Of a stretch of 64,000 nucleotides of DNA, positions 26,319 to 39,045 are shown one piece after another; the first letter of the stretch is position 1; each line of letters starts with the position of its first letter. Below the pieces are notes generated by a model that was not told where the DNA came from, did not search any database, and saw nothing but the letters and a program-made list of their open reading frames with translations. The position numbers and the translations under genes were made by a program. Origin of the DNA: Pecten maximus (lineage: Eukaryota); contig NC_047025.1 of NCBI RefSeq assembly GCF_902652985.1, positions 39,308,001 to 39,372,000 of the forward strand. The letters run 5' to 3'.

Positions 26319-28310
26319 TTAATTGATGGAGCTTAGTAATTCATTCCAAAACAGGTTACGCCCAGTCAGATCATTTGTCCACTCAATCGTAGACTTATGC
26401 TGAAGAAGGACACTAAGTGGTTCTGACATCTGATGTACAGAAACTCTCTCCAGCATTACCAGTATAAGAGTCGAAGGTCCTTCCTCAAGAAACCTACTCT
26501 GAGCCATCAACAACTCAAATTTACACCACTCATTGGAGGTAAACGAATTCGACAGAATCAAAATCAACTTCCTACTTTTTCGCATATTTTCAACAATATT
26601 GTCTGCAATTAATTTCCCGGGATCAAAATCCCTGTCGTGTAAACAAAGTCTGAATTTCTGTTGTTTTTCAAGGAATGGCATCAGTTTTGTCAACACCCAT
26701 GTTCGATCGTCACTATTGTAAGCCACAAACGCATCAAAATGAAAATTATCCTCCTCTGATATTCTCTTGTATCCCCTTCGTACACAACACAGGTACACAT
26801 AATACCTTATGTGCCATCTATATTTGTAGAGCAGAGCCCCTATAACTATGATCACAAGGAGACACACAGATAAAACAACAGCCATCACTACTAACGGATG
26901 TAGACATTCCATGGCACTAGGGTTATACTGATCCACCAGTCGACTTCTCATTTCCTGTGGCGATTCACAGTAGTACATGTCTGGGTATTGTCTTAGAATC
27001 GCCTTGTTTTCAGGGATCCATTTCCGTCTGAACCAGAACAACGAACAGGAACAGACAAATGGGTTGTGAGAGAGGTCCAGCATTAACAGATTGTTCCATA
27101 TACGTGTCGGAAAGGAGTCGGCATTAATGTCTGTGATGTGATTCAAGCCAAAGTCGATATAACGCAGCGAATTTGAAGAGGGGAATATATTGTTATCCCA
27201 TTTGCTAAAGAGATTTCCAATAAGAGTGAGGGATGTTAGGTTTGGAGCGTGTTCCAGAAATCTTTCAGGCAGATTGCTTATACCTGCAAACTTCAAGGTG
27301 AGATTCCGGAGATTTTTCAAAGGAGCGATAAAGTTTCTTAGATATTCAGTGTTGTAGTCTGGAATTTTGAGCTGAATAGTTGTGAGGTTTGTAAGGTTGG
27401 GTGTATTCTGAAATAAGTTCATCGAATCTTTGCCGAGTTGGAAACTCTGTGCACTTCCTACAAGTATCATTTCCAGTGATGGATGACTAAATGCCATTAG
27501 TTCTATACTCTGGAGACGACCGATAAAATCCATCGAGAGTTTCCTCAGTGATGTAAGATTTGCAAAGGTGAAATTTTGGATGTCTCGAAGTGGCAGGTAA
27601 TCCAAAACCAATATACTTAAATTCGGAAAACAATGACCATTCGTGTGAAATTCTAATAAGTCGGTGAGGAAGTTCTTTGATACGTCCAACGATTCCAAAG
27701 CGTATTTCCCCCCAGACGGACAAGACAAATCTAGGTTCGTTAACTCGTTACCTCTGAGGGATAGTGTCTTTAATGTTTCAGATATGTTTTGAAACGATAT
27801 CTTTCGAATCTGGTTGTCATCGGCGATGAGAGAACTCAACTTTGGAAACATATTCGAAACTTGTGCGATATAGTTTTCTTGAAAATTATTATCAGATATA
27901 TCCAGGGTTGTAATGTTGAATAATGGTCTTGCCACGGAAAAATCGGACAAGCCTACACCTCTTATAACTAATCCAATTAAGTATTTTAATTCCGAGAAAG
28001 CGTCTTCACTGATATCATCTATGACACAGTAGCTTATATCGAGGTTGCGGATTTCCAGATGTTTAACGTTTTTAAATGTGTTCTTCGAGACAGTATTAAG
28101 TGTACTGTGAGTATACAGGATTGTTGTGATGTCCGAAGGCAATGCTGGAATGTAGGCACTGTGTATTCCGGAACAGTTGGCGATGTGGTTGGTACATGAA
28201 CAACCGTCAGCACACAGTTGTATTTGTGATCGTTCAGGGTATGGTAGGGCCGTTACAATTACACACAATATGCTGGTACTCCATAGTGCAACATACAATA
28301 ATATATCCAT
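26319..28310 (-). CDS. Toll-like receptor (single-cysteine-cluster type, intronless CDS, 663 aa)
   Basis: ATG at 28310 (MDILLYVALW signal peptide), LRRNT (CADGCSC), many LRRs, LRRCT (NPFVCSCSLFWF..YYCESP), TM helix, and TIR domain (FDAFVAY, LCLHDRDFDPG, FWNELL). Confidence 0.96.
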   Translation of the reverse strand: MDILLYVALWSTSILCVIVTALPYPERSQIQLCADGCSCTNHIANCSGIHSAYIPALPSDITTILYTHSTLNTVSKNTFKNVKHLEIRNLDISYCVIDDISEDAFSELKYLIGLVIRGVGLSDFSVARPLFNITTLDISDNNFQENYIAQVSNMFPKLSSLIADDNQIRKISFQNISETLKTLSLRGNELTNLDLSCPSGGKYALESLDVSKNFLTDLLEFHTNGHCFPNLSILVLDYLPLRDIQNFTFANLTSLRKLSMDFIGRLQSIELMAFSHPSLEMILVGSAQSFQLGKDSMNLFQNTPNLTNLTTIQLKIPDYNTEYLRNFIAPLKNLRNLTLKFAGISNLPERFLEHAPNLTSLTLIGNLFSKWDNNIFPSSNSLRYIDFGLNHITDINADSFPTRIWNNLLMLDLSHNPFVCSCSLFWFRRKWIPENKAILRQYPDMYYCESPQEMRSRLVDQYNPSAMECLHPLVVMAVVLSVCLLVIIVIGALLYKYRWHIRYYVYLCCVRRGYKRISEEDNFHFDAFVAYNSDDRTWVLTKLMPFLEKQQKFRLCLHDRDFDPGKLIADNIVENMRKSRKLILILSNSFTSNEWCKFELLMAQSRFLEEGPSTLILVMLERVSVHQMSEPLSVLLQHKSTIEWTNDLTGRNLFWNELLSSIN

Positions 28311-29464
28311 CTCGTTAGTGCACCTCGCGGATCTAGGCACTTACAACGACATACGCTCTTGTGCTGGCATATATTGTGAAAAACTAAATTATATATATGC
28401 GTTTATGTGTGTGTGTGTATAAGATAACATTGCAAGGAAGTAAAACTCGTCATGATGACGATTTACCAACTACGAATCCAAGATACCAGCGTATCTATCT
28501 TAGAAGGAAGTGTTTGTGTTCTCGGCCATGTCCTCTTCCTAAGGACACAGCACGCGGGAACACAGTTCAATTTCTTTGTCGACAGGAAGTAAATAACTCT
28601 TTACAAGTAATATTAACACCTATCTAAAACGGGAAAGTATTCAAACTAGATACTGTCAGTTTAATCGTTAGTTAGTATGTAGTGCATTATACCATAGTAC
28701 AGGGCCGTGTCAGAGTAAACATAATATCAGGTGGGCTTTTATTGGTATCAATAAACAGCTATTCTGTGTAAACACTGTGTAATAACACGAGCGAAAATCA
28801 ATTCCATGTTTATATTTCATTTTATCTTTCATTTTATACCTGGTGATCAAATGTTTTCGGCTTTGTCTCGAATACCCGATATAGTTTATCTCTGTGTATT
28901 AAAAATGGAGTCTATATTGTCCTGTGTTAATGCAATAGTACATATTGCTTCTCTTTATTTATCTTATGCTATACACTGGATTTGTCTTCCTCTGAAATGT
29001 ATACCCTGTGTATAGACAGGTGTGACAATGTCACTTCCTTGTTCTGTATTACACTTTACATAACATGTTGGGTAATTGGGGAAGTGATGGCAGTAAACCG
29101 TCTTCCTGTATATTGTACCCTTTAGAATATGGTTTAATTTTCATTCATACAACTTTATCATCAATCAATAGTATAATTATTTGCTTTATCAACTGATACA
29201 ATTAATTGTATCCGAATCAATATGTTGTGCAGTGCTGATGGATTTGGATAAAGGAAATTATCCTATTTATTTTTATACAAATTCATTGTAAACTTGTGTA
29301 TTTATTTTACAATTGCGAACAAAAATAAAGTCAACTTTTAGTACCACTCTTGTTGGCCTGGATGGAAGCGTGCGAGGAGTCTTACTAAACACATGTGGTG
29401 GGGCAGATTACCCTATCCCTTTATACGTTAGAGATCGAACCCTGACCGCCTAGGTAAATGGCAA

Positions 29465-29855
29465 GTGTGTTACCATTGTGCCACCCGAGCATTCATTAAA
29501 GCCATGTGTTACTACTGTGCCACCCGAACATTCATTCAAACCATGTGTTACCACTGTGCCACCCAAACATTCATTAAAGCCATGTGTTACCACTGTGCCA
29601 CCCAAACATTCATTAAAGCCATGTGTTACCACTGTGCCACCCGAACATTCATTAAAGCCATGTGTTACCACTGTGCCACCCGAACATTCATTAAAGCCAT
29701 GTGTTACCATTGTGCCACACAAACATTCATTCAAGCCATGTGTTACCATTGTGCCACACAAACATTCATTCAAGCCATGTGTTACCATTGTGCCACACAA
29801 ACATTCATTAAAGCCATGTGTTACTACTGTGCCACCCGAGCATTCACTCAAGCCC
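29465..29855. repeat. 39-bp minisatellite
   Basis: Unit CCATGTGTTACCACTGTGCCACCCGAACATTCATTAAAG. Confidence 0.92.
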
Positions 29856-30054
29856 GTTGTATTAAACCTGTACATTCCTTTTAGATAGCATCATATTTCT
29901 TACAAATACTTCAAAGACGATTAGATAACTTGCTAACTTTTCTCAGTGTATATATATACATATTGATTGGAATTCTCACGTTTTGATAAAATCGTCTACA
30001 TATCTTTTGTATGGATTATTTAAACGCTTAAATGAATTAAGATCGATGCTCTTG

Positions 30055-30672
30055 AAAAGATGGAGGGTTGTAGTTTATATAATTAAAGTTCTTAACAATC
30101 ATGGAGTGTTGTAGATTAAGGTCCATAAAAAAGGATGGAGAGTTGTTCTTTAAAGTCTATACAAAAGGATGGAGGGTTGAAGTTTAAGGTCAATGCAAAA
30201 GGATGGAGGGTTGTAGTTTAGGGTACATGAAAAAGGATGGAGGGTTGTAGTTTAGGGTACATGCAAAAGGATGGAGGGTTGTAGTTTAGGATACATACAA
30301 AACGATGGAGGGTTGTAGATTAAGGTCCATACAAAAGGATGGAGGGTTGTAGTTTAGGGTACATGCAAAAGGATGGAGGGTTGTAGTTTAGGGTACATGC
30401 AAAAGGATGGAGGGTTGAAGTTTAAGGTACATGGAAAAGGATGGAGGGTTGTAGTTTAGGGTACATACAAAACGATGGAGGGTTGTAGTTTAGGGTTCAT
30501 GCAAAACGATGGAGGGTTGTTGTTTAGGGTACATGCAAAAGGGTGGATGGTTGTAGTTTAGGGTTCATGCAAAACGATGGAGGGTTGTTGTTTAAGGTCA
30601 ATACAAAAGGATGGAGGTTTGTAGTTTAGGGTACATACAAAACGATGGAGGGTTGTTGTTTAAGGTCAATAC
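30055..30672. repeat. 34-bp minisatellite
   Basis: Unit CAAAAGGATGGAGGGTTGTAGTTTAGGGTACATG. Confidence 0.92.
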
Positions 30673-30712
30673 AGTAATAATCAAAATATGTTGTTTCTTC
30701 TTGGAATTGGAG

Positions 30713-30743
<31 letters not shown>

Positions 30744-30942
30744 CATCTCCAACCTACATGTATAATCATATACTTTATGTAAGACATTCCGAAATCCGCA
30801 ATTATCCAAAGCAAACGGTCCGATAAATCTTCAGATCTCTGCGAGAATACATCAATCACAAATACTTGTATTCTCTCCTCCCATCTTTGAAAGACTGTTC
30901 AACAATTCCACGAAATCTTCCAAAATGAAATTGAAAGCTGAC

Positions 30943-31431
30943 CTAAACAATTGTAATATATTCTGATGAGTTAGGCTGAAATATATCAGTCATGGTATCA
31001 TTAAATACAAAAGAAACACATACATCACTGTAGTTAAGCTTCTGGTACTGTGTCATTGCCATAACTTGTAAAATATAATATTGGGAGGTACGTGCTCTTA
31101 TGTATGAAGTAAAATTTAAATCTTGAATAGATGGCACTGTTTGGATGGTCAATGAATCGGTAACACAAGGTCCGAAGTCTGTCATGTTGAACGTTACAGC
31201 ATACATACTGTAGTCTAAGCGGTACCTTGTAGCGTTCAAATTATGGCGTTCAAACACCACCGACGAATACCCTGATTCTTCCAAGGAGTTGTTCAAGCAT
31301 ATACAGTAACTAGGATAATCAAATGTGTAGTCACCTAGATAGTAAAGTTGCTGGGAATTTACAAGCACTAGTATCAACAGTGTCATTGTGAGTAGCTCTA
31401 CCCCTCCGGTAGTATTGATTAGGACTGCCAT
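30943..31431 (-). CDS. Uncharacterised secreted 4-Cys protein, paralog 1 (162 aa)
   Basis: Signal peptide, then YYLGD..YPSYCIC..SVVFERHNL..YSMYAVTFN..FGPCVTDSL..VPS..YSDVCVSF. About 7 N-glycosylation sequons. Homologous to four other ORFs in the window. Confidence 0.88.
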   Translation of the reverse strand: MAVLINTTGGVELLTMTLLILVLVNSQQLYYLGDYTFDYPSYCICLNNSLEESGYSSVVFERHNLNATRYRLDYSMYAVTFNMTDFGPCVTDSLTIQTVPSIQDLNFTSYIRARTSQYYILQVMAMTQYQKLNYSDVCVSFVFNDTMTDIFQPNSSEYITIV

Positions 31432-31619
31432 TTCTTGATTAGTTTGAATTCAATGATGATGATTAGTATGACTGATCTTCATACACAGGTTTGAATTCCT
31501 AAGTAACGGATATTTTTAACAATTCCATCATTTCTTTGAGTTCGATTCATTAGCGCGAGAAAGCATTTTTATTCCTTCACTTGCTCTCATTCGTAAGTAA
31601 TAGGAAAGGAATCCTTAAT

Positions 31620-32080
31620 CTTAAGCGTTAAATCGCTTGGTACTGCCTTCACTTGTGTGAATTCTTTAGCGATAACACAATCGGTAATCCATCCACTTCT
31701 TTGATTTTTTTTAGCAATAAATCACTTGGTAATCTTTAGCGATAAATAGATCAGCAATTATTCACTTGTTTGAATTCTTTTGCCATAAGTCACGTTGCAA
31801 TCCATTCACTTGTTTGATTTCTAAGCGTTAAAGCGATTTGTAATCCCTTCACTTGTGTGAATTCTTTAGCGATACATCGATTGGTAGTTATTCACTTGTT
31901 TGATTATTTTAGCGATAAATCGCTTGGCAATCCCTTCATTTGTTTGAATTCTTTACCGATAAATCGATCGGCAATTATTCACTTGTTTGAATTCTTTTGT
32001 GATCAATCACGTTGCAATCCATTCACTTGTTTGATTTCTTAACGTTAAAGCGATTTGTAATCCCTTCACTTGTTTGAATT
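31620..32080. repeat. Degenerate ~43-bp tandem repeat
   Basis: Recurrent TTCACTTGTTTGAATTCTTTAGCGATAAATCG. Confidence 0.75.
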
Positions 32081-32989
32081 CCTAGAGCTATAATCCTATA
32101 GGATTGTTGTTCCTTCGTCTGTAATTCTCTACATTAGTTTCACTCATCATATACATTGTACCCTGTCGGACGATACTAGCTATAGGTTGATCACGCGGTG
32201 TTGGATCCAACCCTGTATTTACATGTTACTAACACTGACAGTCGTTATTAACTCAATAGAATTAATACGTGATGTCTTCTATTGAGTAGACCTTGTTCGT
32301 CTATTAGTTTTTATCACAGCAGTAGTGTGTTAGTTTACATATCCCTGAGGAAAGTCAATAAAATATCGCGTCACTGTGGTTATAGACAATGACCCAGCCA
32401 GTCCAGGGAAGAACACAATGGCAACACGCTCATAGCAATACTCACTGATGCGTGTGTGTTTTGTTGTTTTGTATGATCCATATTCTCATCAAATTATGAC
32501 AAATTACCCGTAATTATAGTTGTTAGTTATGTTTATCGGTGAAAAACCTATACAGTGTATTTCAAAACGGTATCAATTCTGTAAATATCAAGTGTACTTT
32601 CTTTTTTGTCAAGGTTGTATACTAATTCATGTACACGTGTTTATAATTTGTTTAAACACGCATGTGGAACCAAATCGATGATTTTTCATTTTTACAAATA
32701 TTCCTGGTAAAAATACTTAGCTTATCGTACTTGGCATTCGTCTCCGCTAGAGAACACAGGTCTAGGCTTCTCTCTCTTCACAATAACTAACATCCATCCC
32801 ACCAATAGTATAGAGTCGCATTAACCCCGTTCATCCTCATCAACAGTGCTTTATACAGACGCTGTACAGGTGGCACTATGTATTGCTCTTCTATATCAAC
32901 ATTCAATATTTAATATGCTATTGGATGGTGTTATGCCAACTGTATCCGACAGTTGGCTATTTATAGAGTGGATGGCAAAATGTGTACAC

Positions 32990-33500
32990 AGTGCGTTCAC
33001 AGTCCATGGCTGGCTGACACGAAGTGTTCACAATTCGAGGGCGTTCATAGTCTATGACTGGTTGACATGAAGTGTTCATATCACAAGGCCGTTCACAGTC
33101 CATGGCTGGTTGACATGAAGTGTTCACATCACAAGGCCGTTCATAGTCCATTCCTGGTTGACATGAAGTGTTCACATTACGAGGCTTTTCCCAGTCCGTT
33201 GCTGGTAGACATGAATTATTCGCATTACGAGGCTTTTCACAGTCCATGGCTGGTTGACACGAAGTGTTCACGTAACAAGGCCCTTCACAGTCCATGGCTT
33301 GTTGACATGAAGTGTTCACATTACGAGGCTTTTCACAGTCCATGGCTGGTAGACACGAATTGTTCACATTTCGAGGGCGTTCACAGTCCATGGCAGGTTG
33401 ACAGTAAGTGTTTACATTTCGAGGGCGTTCACAGTTCAGGACTGGTTGACATGATGTTTTCACATCAGGAGGCGGTTCACATTTCATGGTTGGTTGACAT
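32990..33500. repeat. 48-bp minisatellite
   Basis: Unit TTCACAGTCCATGGCTGGTTGACATGAAGTGTTCACATTACGAGGCTT. Confidence 0.88.
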
Positions 33501-34776
33501 TAACTGATTTGATATCAAACTCTTGTTCCCCCATCACGACTTTATTTGTCCAAATTCATTTGATATCTAAACCCTTGCTCTCACCATCACGACCTTACCT
33601 GTCCCAGCTGATTTTGTCGCAAACACCAACTTTCGAGAGATGCCAGTTAATGTTAAGTTAAAGTTTTATGGTCTGCATCATTTGTTTATATGTTATTTCC
33701 TGTTAAATGACGTGATTAATGCTTGTTGATCTGGTTCTTCTGTTGTCTCCGCCTAAACTCATGTTTAAGATTGTGATTCAGCCCAGATTAGTATGGCGAA
33801 TGTCATCGTTATTTATTGGTGTTCTTTGTTGTTTTTACTGGTGTGAGAATAGAATTCAAATTAACACCAATTTCAGTGAATATCCAGATTTTTAATTATC
33901 TAATTTTTTTGTGCACCCCCTTAAGCCTCTTCATAGTTTTGTAAATAGTGTAGATATAAAACTTTGTCAAGATGAGTTTCATAATCCCCATATAGGTTTA
34001 TCTTCCTTTAGTTTCCATTAGATATGCACAGCTACGTCACAGCTACGTCAACAATATATAATTAAATCATGTACTAAACATCTAAAACTGGAATATGAAC
34101 AAACTCTGCTCGCGCCGAGTTACATCCCTGGATGATAACCAGAAAAAAAGACAGGGGCGTGTATTATTGTCTTACAGACACACGTAGACTCTGTAGGTTG
34201 TAACCCAGTTTGTGCATGCGTGTATGATATTTTATTGCGAGGCCCCTTTTACTTATAGAGTGGAGCACCGCATAAGAAATTCCCCGTAATCACATGGATG
34301 TTTTAATTGCAATTATGAAAATCTATTTATTGATTCTTACATGATATATTCATCAGGGAATACATACTCAAATTCAAGATATTTTTTATAATTTTGCCAT
34401 TATTTATATATAAAGTGGTAGTTTATTGTATAGAAAACATCATTCATGACCAGCCCCGGTTACTGAGGTCTGTTATCGTATCAAGATTTTATTGCTTGAC
34501 ATTTGTGCGTTCCACTATTACATTGTTAAAAGCTAAGCATGTGTTATTTTGTACCATCATTAAGGGAATGCTTTTTAACGAAATCCATTCATTAGCAAAT
34601 ATAAGTAATTGATGTTTAGAACTACGTAACACTAAAGTGACATTGTATAGCGATTAGAGAATCCAAAGGCAATGGAAAACATTTATTTCATTGTTTCATC
34701 AATCAACTTAAATACTAGCGGATTCCTTCATCATTAATGAAATAAATCATATATATTCACAAACAGTAATACATGC

Positions 34777-36760
34777 TGTTTTTCTGTACCAGTAACACAT
34801 GCCGCTGTTCTGTACCAGTAACACATGCCGCTGTTCTATACCAGTAACACATGACGCTGTTCTGTACTAGTAACACATGCCGCTGTTCTGTACCAGTAAC
34901 ACATGCCGCTGTTCTGTACTCAGTAACACGTGCCGCTGTTCTGTACCAGTAACACATGCCGCTGTTCTGTACTCAGTAACACGTGCCGCTGTTCTGTACC
35001 AGTAACGCATGCCGCTGTTCTGTACCAGTAACACGTGCCGCTGTTCTGTACCAGTAACACATGTCGCTGTTCTGTACCAGTAACACGTCACTGTTCTGTA
35101 CCAGTAACACATGCCGCTGTTCTGTATCAGTAACACATGCCGCTGTTCTGTACCAGTAACACATGCCGCTGTTCTGTATCAGTAACACATGCCGCTGTTC
35201 TGTACCAGTAACACATTCCGCTGTTCTGTACCAGTAACACATCCCGCTGTTCTGTACCAGTAACACATTCCGCTGTTCTATACCAGTAACACATTCCGCT
35301 GTTCTATACCAGTAACACATGCCGCTGTTCTGTACCAGTAACACATTCCGCTGTTCTGTACCAGTAACACATGCCGCTGTTCTGTACTCAGTAACACATG
35401 CCGCTGTTCTATACCAGTAACACATCCCGCTTTTCTGTACCAGTAACACATGCCGCTGTTCTGTACTCAGTAACACGTGCCGCTGTTCTGTACCAGTAAC
35501 ACATGCCGCTGTTCTGTACTCAGTAACACGTGCCGCTGTTCTGTACCAGTAACGCATGCCGCTGTTCTGTACCAGTAACACGTGCCGCTGTTCTGTACCA
35601 GTAACACATGCCGCTGTTCTGTACCAGTAACACATGCCGCTGTTCTATTACCAGTAACACATCCCGATGTTCTGTACCAGTAACACATGTCGCTGTTCTA
35701 TACCAGTAACACCTGCCCCTGTTCTGTACCAGTAACACATTCCGCTGTTCTGTACCAGTAACACATCCCGCTGTTCTGTACCAGTAACACATTCCGCTGT
35801 TCTATACCAGTAACACATTCCGCTGTTCTATACCAGTAACACATGCCGCTGTTCTGTACCAGTAACACATTCCGCTGTTCTGTACCAGTAACACATGCCG
35901 CTGTTCTGTACTCAGTAACACATGCCGCTGTTCTATACCAGTAACACATCCCGCTTTTCTGTACCAGTAACACATTCCGCTGTTCTATACCAGTAACACA
36001 TGCCGCTGTTCTGTACCAGTAACACATTCCGCTGTTCTGTACTCAGTAACACGTGCCGCTGTTCTGTACCAGTAACACATGCCGCTGTTCTGGACCAGTA
36101 ACACGTGCCGCTGTTCTGTACCAGTAACACATGCCGCTGTTCTATACCAGTAACACATGCCTCTGTTCTGTACTAGTAACACATGCCGCTGTTCTGTACC
36201 AGTAACATGCCGCTGTTCTGTACCAGTAACACATGCCGCTGTTCTGTACTAGTAACACATGCCGCTGTTCTGTACCAGTAACACATGCTGCTGTTCTGTA
36301 CTCAGTAACACATTCCGCTGTTCTGTACCAGTAACACATCCCGCTGTTCAATACCAGTAACACATGCCGCTGTTCTATACCAGTAACACATGCCGCCATT
36401 CTGTACCAGTAACACATGCCGCTGTTCTATACCAGTAACACATGCCGCTGTTCTATACCAGTAACACATGTCGCTGTTCTGTACCAGTAACACATGCCGC
36501 TGTTCTATACCAGTAACACATGCCGCCATTCTGTACCAGTAACACGTGCCGCTGTTCTATACCAGTAACACATGCCGCTGTTCTGTACTCAGTAACACAT
36601 GCCGCTGTTCTGTACCAGTAACACATGCCGCTGTTCTATACCAGTAACACATCCCGCTGTTCTGTACTAGTAACACATGCCGCTGTTCTGTACCAGTAAC
36701 ACATGCCGCCATTCTGTACCAGTAGCACATGCTGCTGTTCTGTACCAGTAACACATGTCG
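34777..36760. repeat. 26-bp minisatellite
   Basis: Unit GCTGTTCTGTACCAGTAACACATGCC. Confidence 0.95.
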
Positions 36761-37044
36761 ATATATCATCAATTAAGGCCGATTAAACAGTAACATAGGC
36801 CGCTTAATCAGTAACACATGTCGCTATATCAATAGCACAGGCCGCTATGTCAGTAACACAAACTGCTAGACACATAGGCCGGTATTTCAGTAACACACGA
36901 TACTACATTTTATATCAGTCACGCCGACTGCTATATTGGTAAACCGGTCGTAATATCAGTTCAGAAGTATGTTTTTATCATTTGTAATTTGTTGATAAGT
37001 CGTTGATTTAAATAATTCCGGTCAAGTTATGGACGAGTGACTTA

Positions 37045-37485
37045 TCAGGTTGATGTTGAATTAAGGACGTATGATACACATGCCTCGGTTAGAGATGACG
37101 CCTGCAAATGTAGAAATGCCAGCTGTTGAAGCATAGTCTGTTGTGTTTCCATTTCGGAACTGGATAAGTCCAAAATTGTCATCGCAGGGAAAGCTGTCGT
37201 CTGAATAGTGTCCGTAACACAGTAGCCTAATTGTTTATCAATGTTGAATATAACACTGTATAGATTATACTCTGCTTGGTCCTCCGTCGTGTTGAGGGTA
37301 TCTCTTGTAAATACCGCAGATCCGCCATTTTCCTCTGAAGAAGAACTGCTGCTAGAATCCTGTTCGATACATATGCAGTAACTTGGAAGACTGAACCTAC
37401 TGTCACCAAGATAGTATGTTGATGAATCTACTAGCAGGATTGATGAAAGTACCACGACGGTGACGGTATGAACGTCCAGCATCAT
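37045..37485 (-). CDS. Uncharacterised secreted 4-Cys protein, paralog 2 (146 aa)
   Basis: Signal peptide, then YYLGD..LPSYCIC..SAVFTRDTL..YNLYSVIFN..LGYCVTDTI..FPA..TEACVSY. Confidence 0.88.
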   Translation of the reverse strand: MMLDVHTVTVVVLSSILLVDSSTYYLGDSRFSLPSYCICIEQDSSSSSSSEENGGSAVFTRDTLNTTEDQAEYNLYSVIFNIDKQLGYCVTDTIQTTAFPAMTILDLSSSEMETQQTMLQQLAFLHLQASSLTEACVSYVLNSTST

Positions 37486-38194
37486 TGCTCCAATCTCAGT
37501 GTCCGCAAGTATAGTCTTGTCCTATCGCTCCAGATATATCATCTGTACACTAGACAGAAGGTTGGTGTGAGCTTTATGTCATAACAGACAACCTATAATC
37601 TGCACTAGCCTGTCTATAGGTTTTATTAATGAAAGGAAATTAATCAATTTTGTATTCACTGAACCGAGGCCGACTAAACGAATGAATAAGTACTACACAA
37701 GAAAAGCTATATTCATGTAGTGTTATTATAGTTTTTGTTTGTTTAACTGTAATTACTCGCTCATAAATGTATGGCCGGTCGACAGCAATTATTTGCAACG
37801 TGTACATGATAAGTATTTCCTAAGAATTGTGTATTCTTCGGTCCAGTATTCATAATAAGCATTGTATAGGCTAGTCTCAACAGTTAAACATCGATTTCAA
37901 TACTATTCAGAGATAGAAAAAGTTTAAAAGTCAAATATTTATACAAGACGTGAGGGTTAAGATTTACCTGTGTTATCGATTACCTGTGTTTGACTTCCCC
38001 CCAGGCCTGTCTTATCTGGTAGAGTCGGCAGTATGTCCTCATTTACACTATTATCTATCAGTAAAACAACCATAGGGAAGTTTATATCATATGTCCACAC
38101 TTGTCTCTCGATGTTCTGTACTGGATAAGTTGACGATTGGACAGGAGTAAAGCCCTCCGTGGTTGTGTCACTGTTTTCTATATAACACATCACT

Positions 38195-39045
38195 AAAACA
38201 TGAACGGTTTCGGTATAGTTTGTATACATTATACAGTCTAACTTTCATTACATCACTAAACATGAAAGGTTTAGGTATAATATACATTATACATTCTAAC
38301 TTCCATTACATAAGTAAAACATTATAGTCAGAAACTCTGTTGTTGATCAGGCACTTGTCTCTCTCCTGCATAGTAAACGAGTTCTCATAAATATTTAACA
38401 ATAATTTGAAAATTATTATAAAGAAAAAGAAAATACATAAGATTATCGTTATATATTATTCACAAATACTCTTTCTATATATATATTTTCTGTAATTTCC
38501 ATTCTTGACTAATAACCAAATACTAATTATTTGAAATAAATGTAATAATTTATGGAGAGAACTTTAATATAGGCTTAGCCTGATGTTCAATCCATTTGAT
38601 TGTCAATAAAATATGTTGAAATGAAAACATTAGTAAAACATGAAAGGTTTAGGTATAATATACATTATACAGTCTAACTTCCATTACATCACTAAACATG
38701 AAAGGTTTAGGTATAATATACATTATACAGTATAACTTCCATTACATCACTAAACATGAAAGGTTTAGGTATAATATACATTATACAGTCTAACTTCCAT
38801 TACATCACTAAACATGAAAGGTTTAGGTATAATATACATTATACAGTCTAACTTCCATTACATTAGTAAAACATGAAAGGTTTAGACATAGTTTCTATAT
38901 ATTATACAGTCTAACATCCATTACATTAGTAAACAAGAAAGGTTTAGGTATAATATACATTATACAGTCTAACTTCCATTACATTAGTAAAACATGAAAG
39001 GTTTAGACATAGTCTCTATATATTATACAGTCTAACTTTCAACAT
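38195..39045. repeat. ~58-bp minisatellite in two blocks (38195-38320 and 38630-39045)
   Basis: Unit ACATGAAAGGTTTAGGTATAATATACATTATACAGTCTAACTTCCATTACATCACTAA. Confidence 0.85.

Noticed and set aside
28311-28340. ORF-track N-terminal extensions from GTG/TTG starts (TLR 28340, also 7957, 42427 and 47388)
   Set aside because: This is a eukaryotic locus, and the downstream ATGs directly precede the signal peptides.
29450-33507. Repeat-protein ORFs at 29450-29888 and 32957-33507
   Set aside because: The 39- and 48-bp units are open in several frames on both strands, with no signal peptide or splice support.
34276-34285. kappaB-like site GGGGAATTTC (minus strand) upstream of paralog 1
   Set aside because: A single imperfect match is expected by chance in 64 kb, and the TSS is unknown.
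34757-36772. Many Cys/Tyr/Trp-rich repetitive ORFs (MCYWYRTAACVTG...)
   Set aside because: Translations of the 26-bp minisatellite. The unit is not a multiple of 3 and frames shift constantly.
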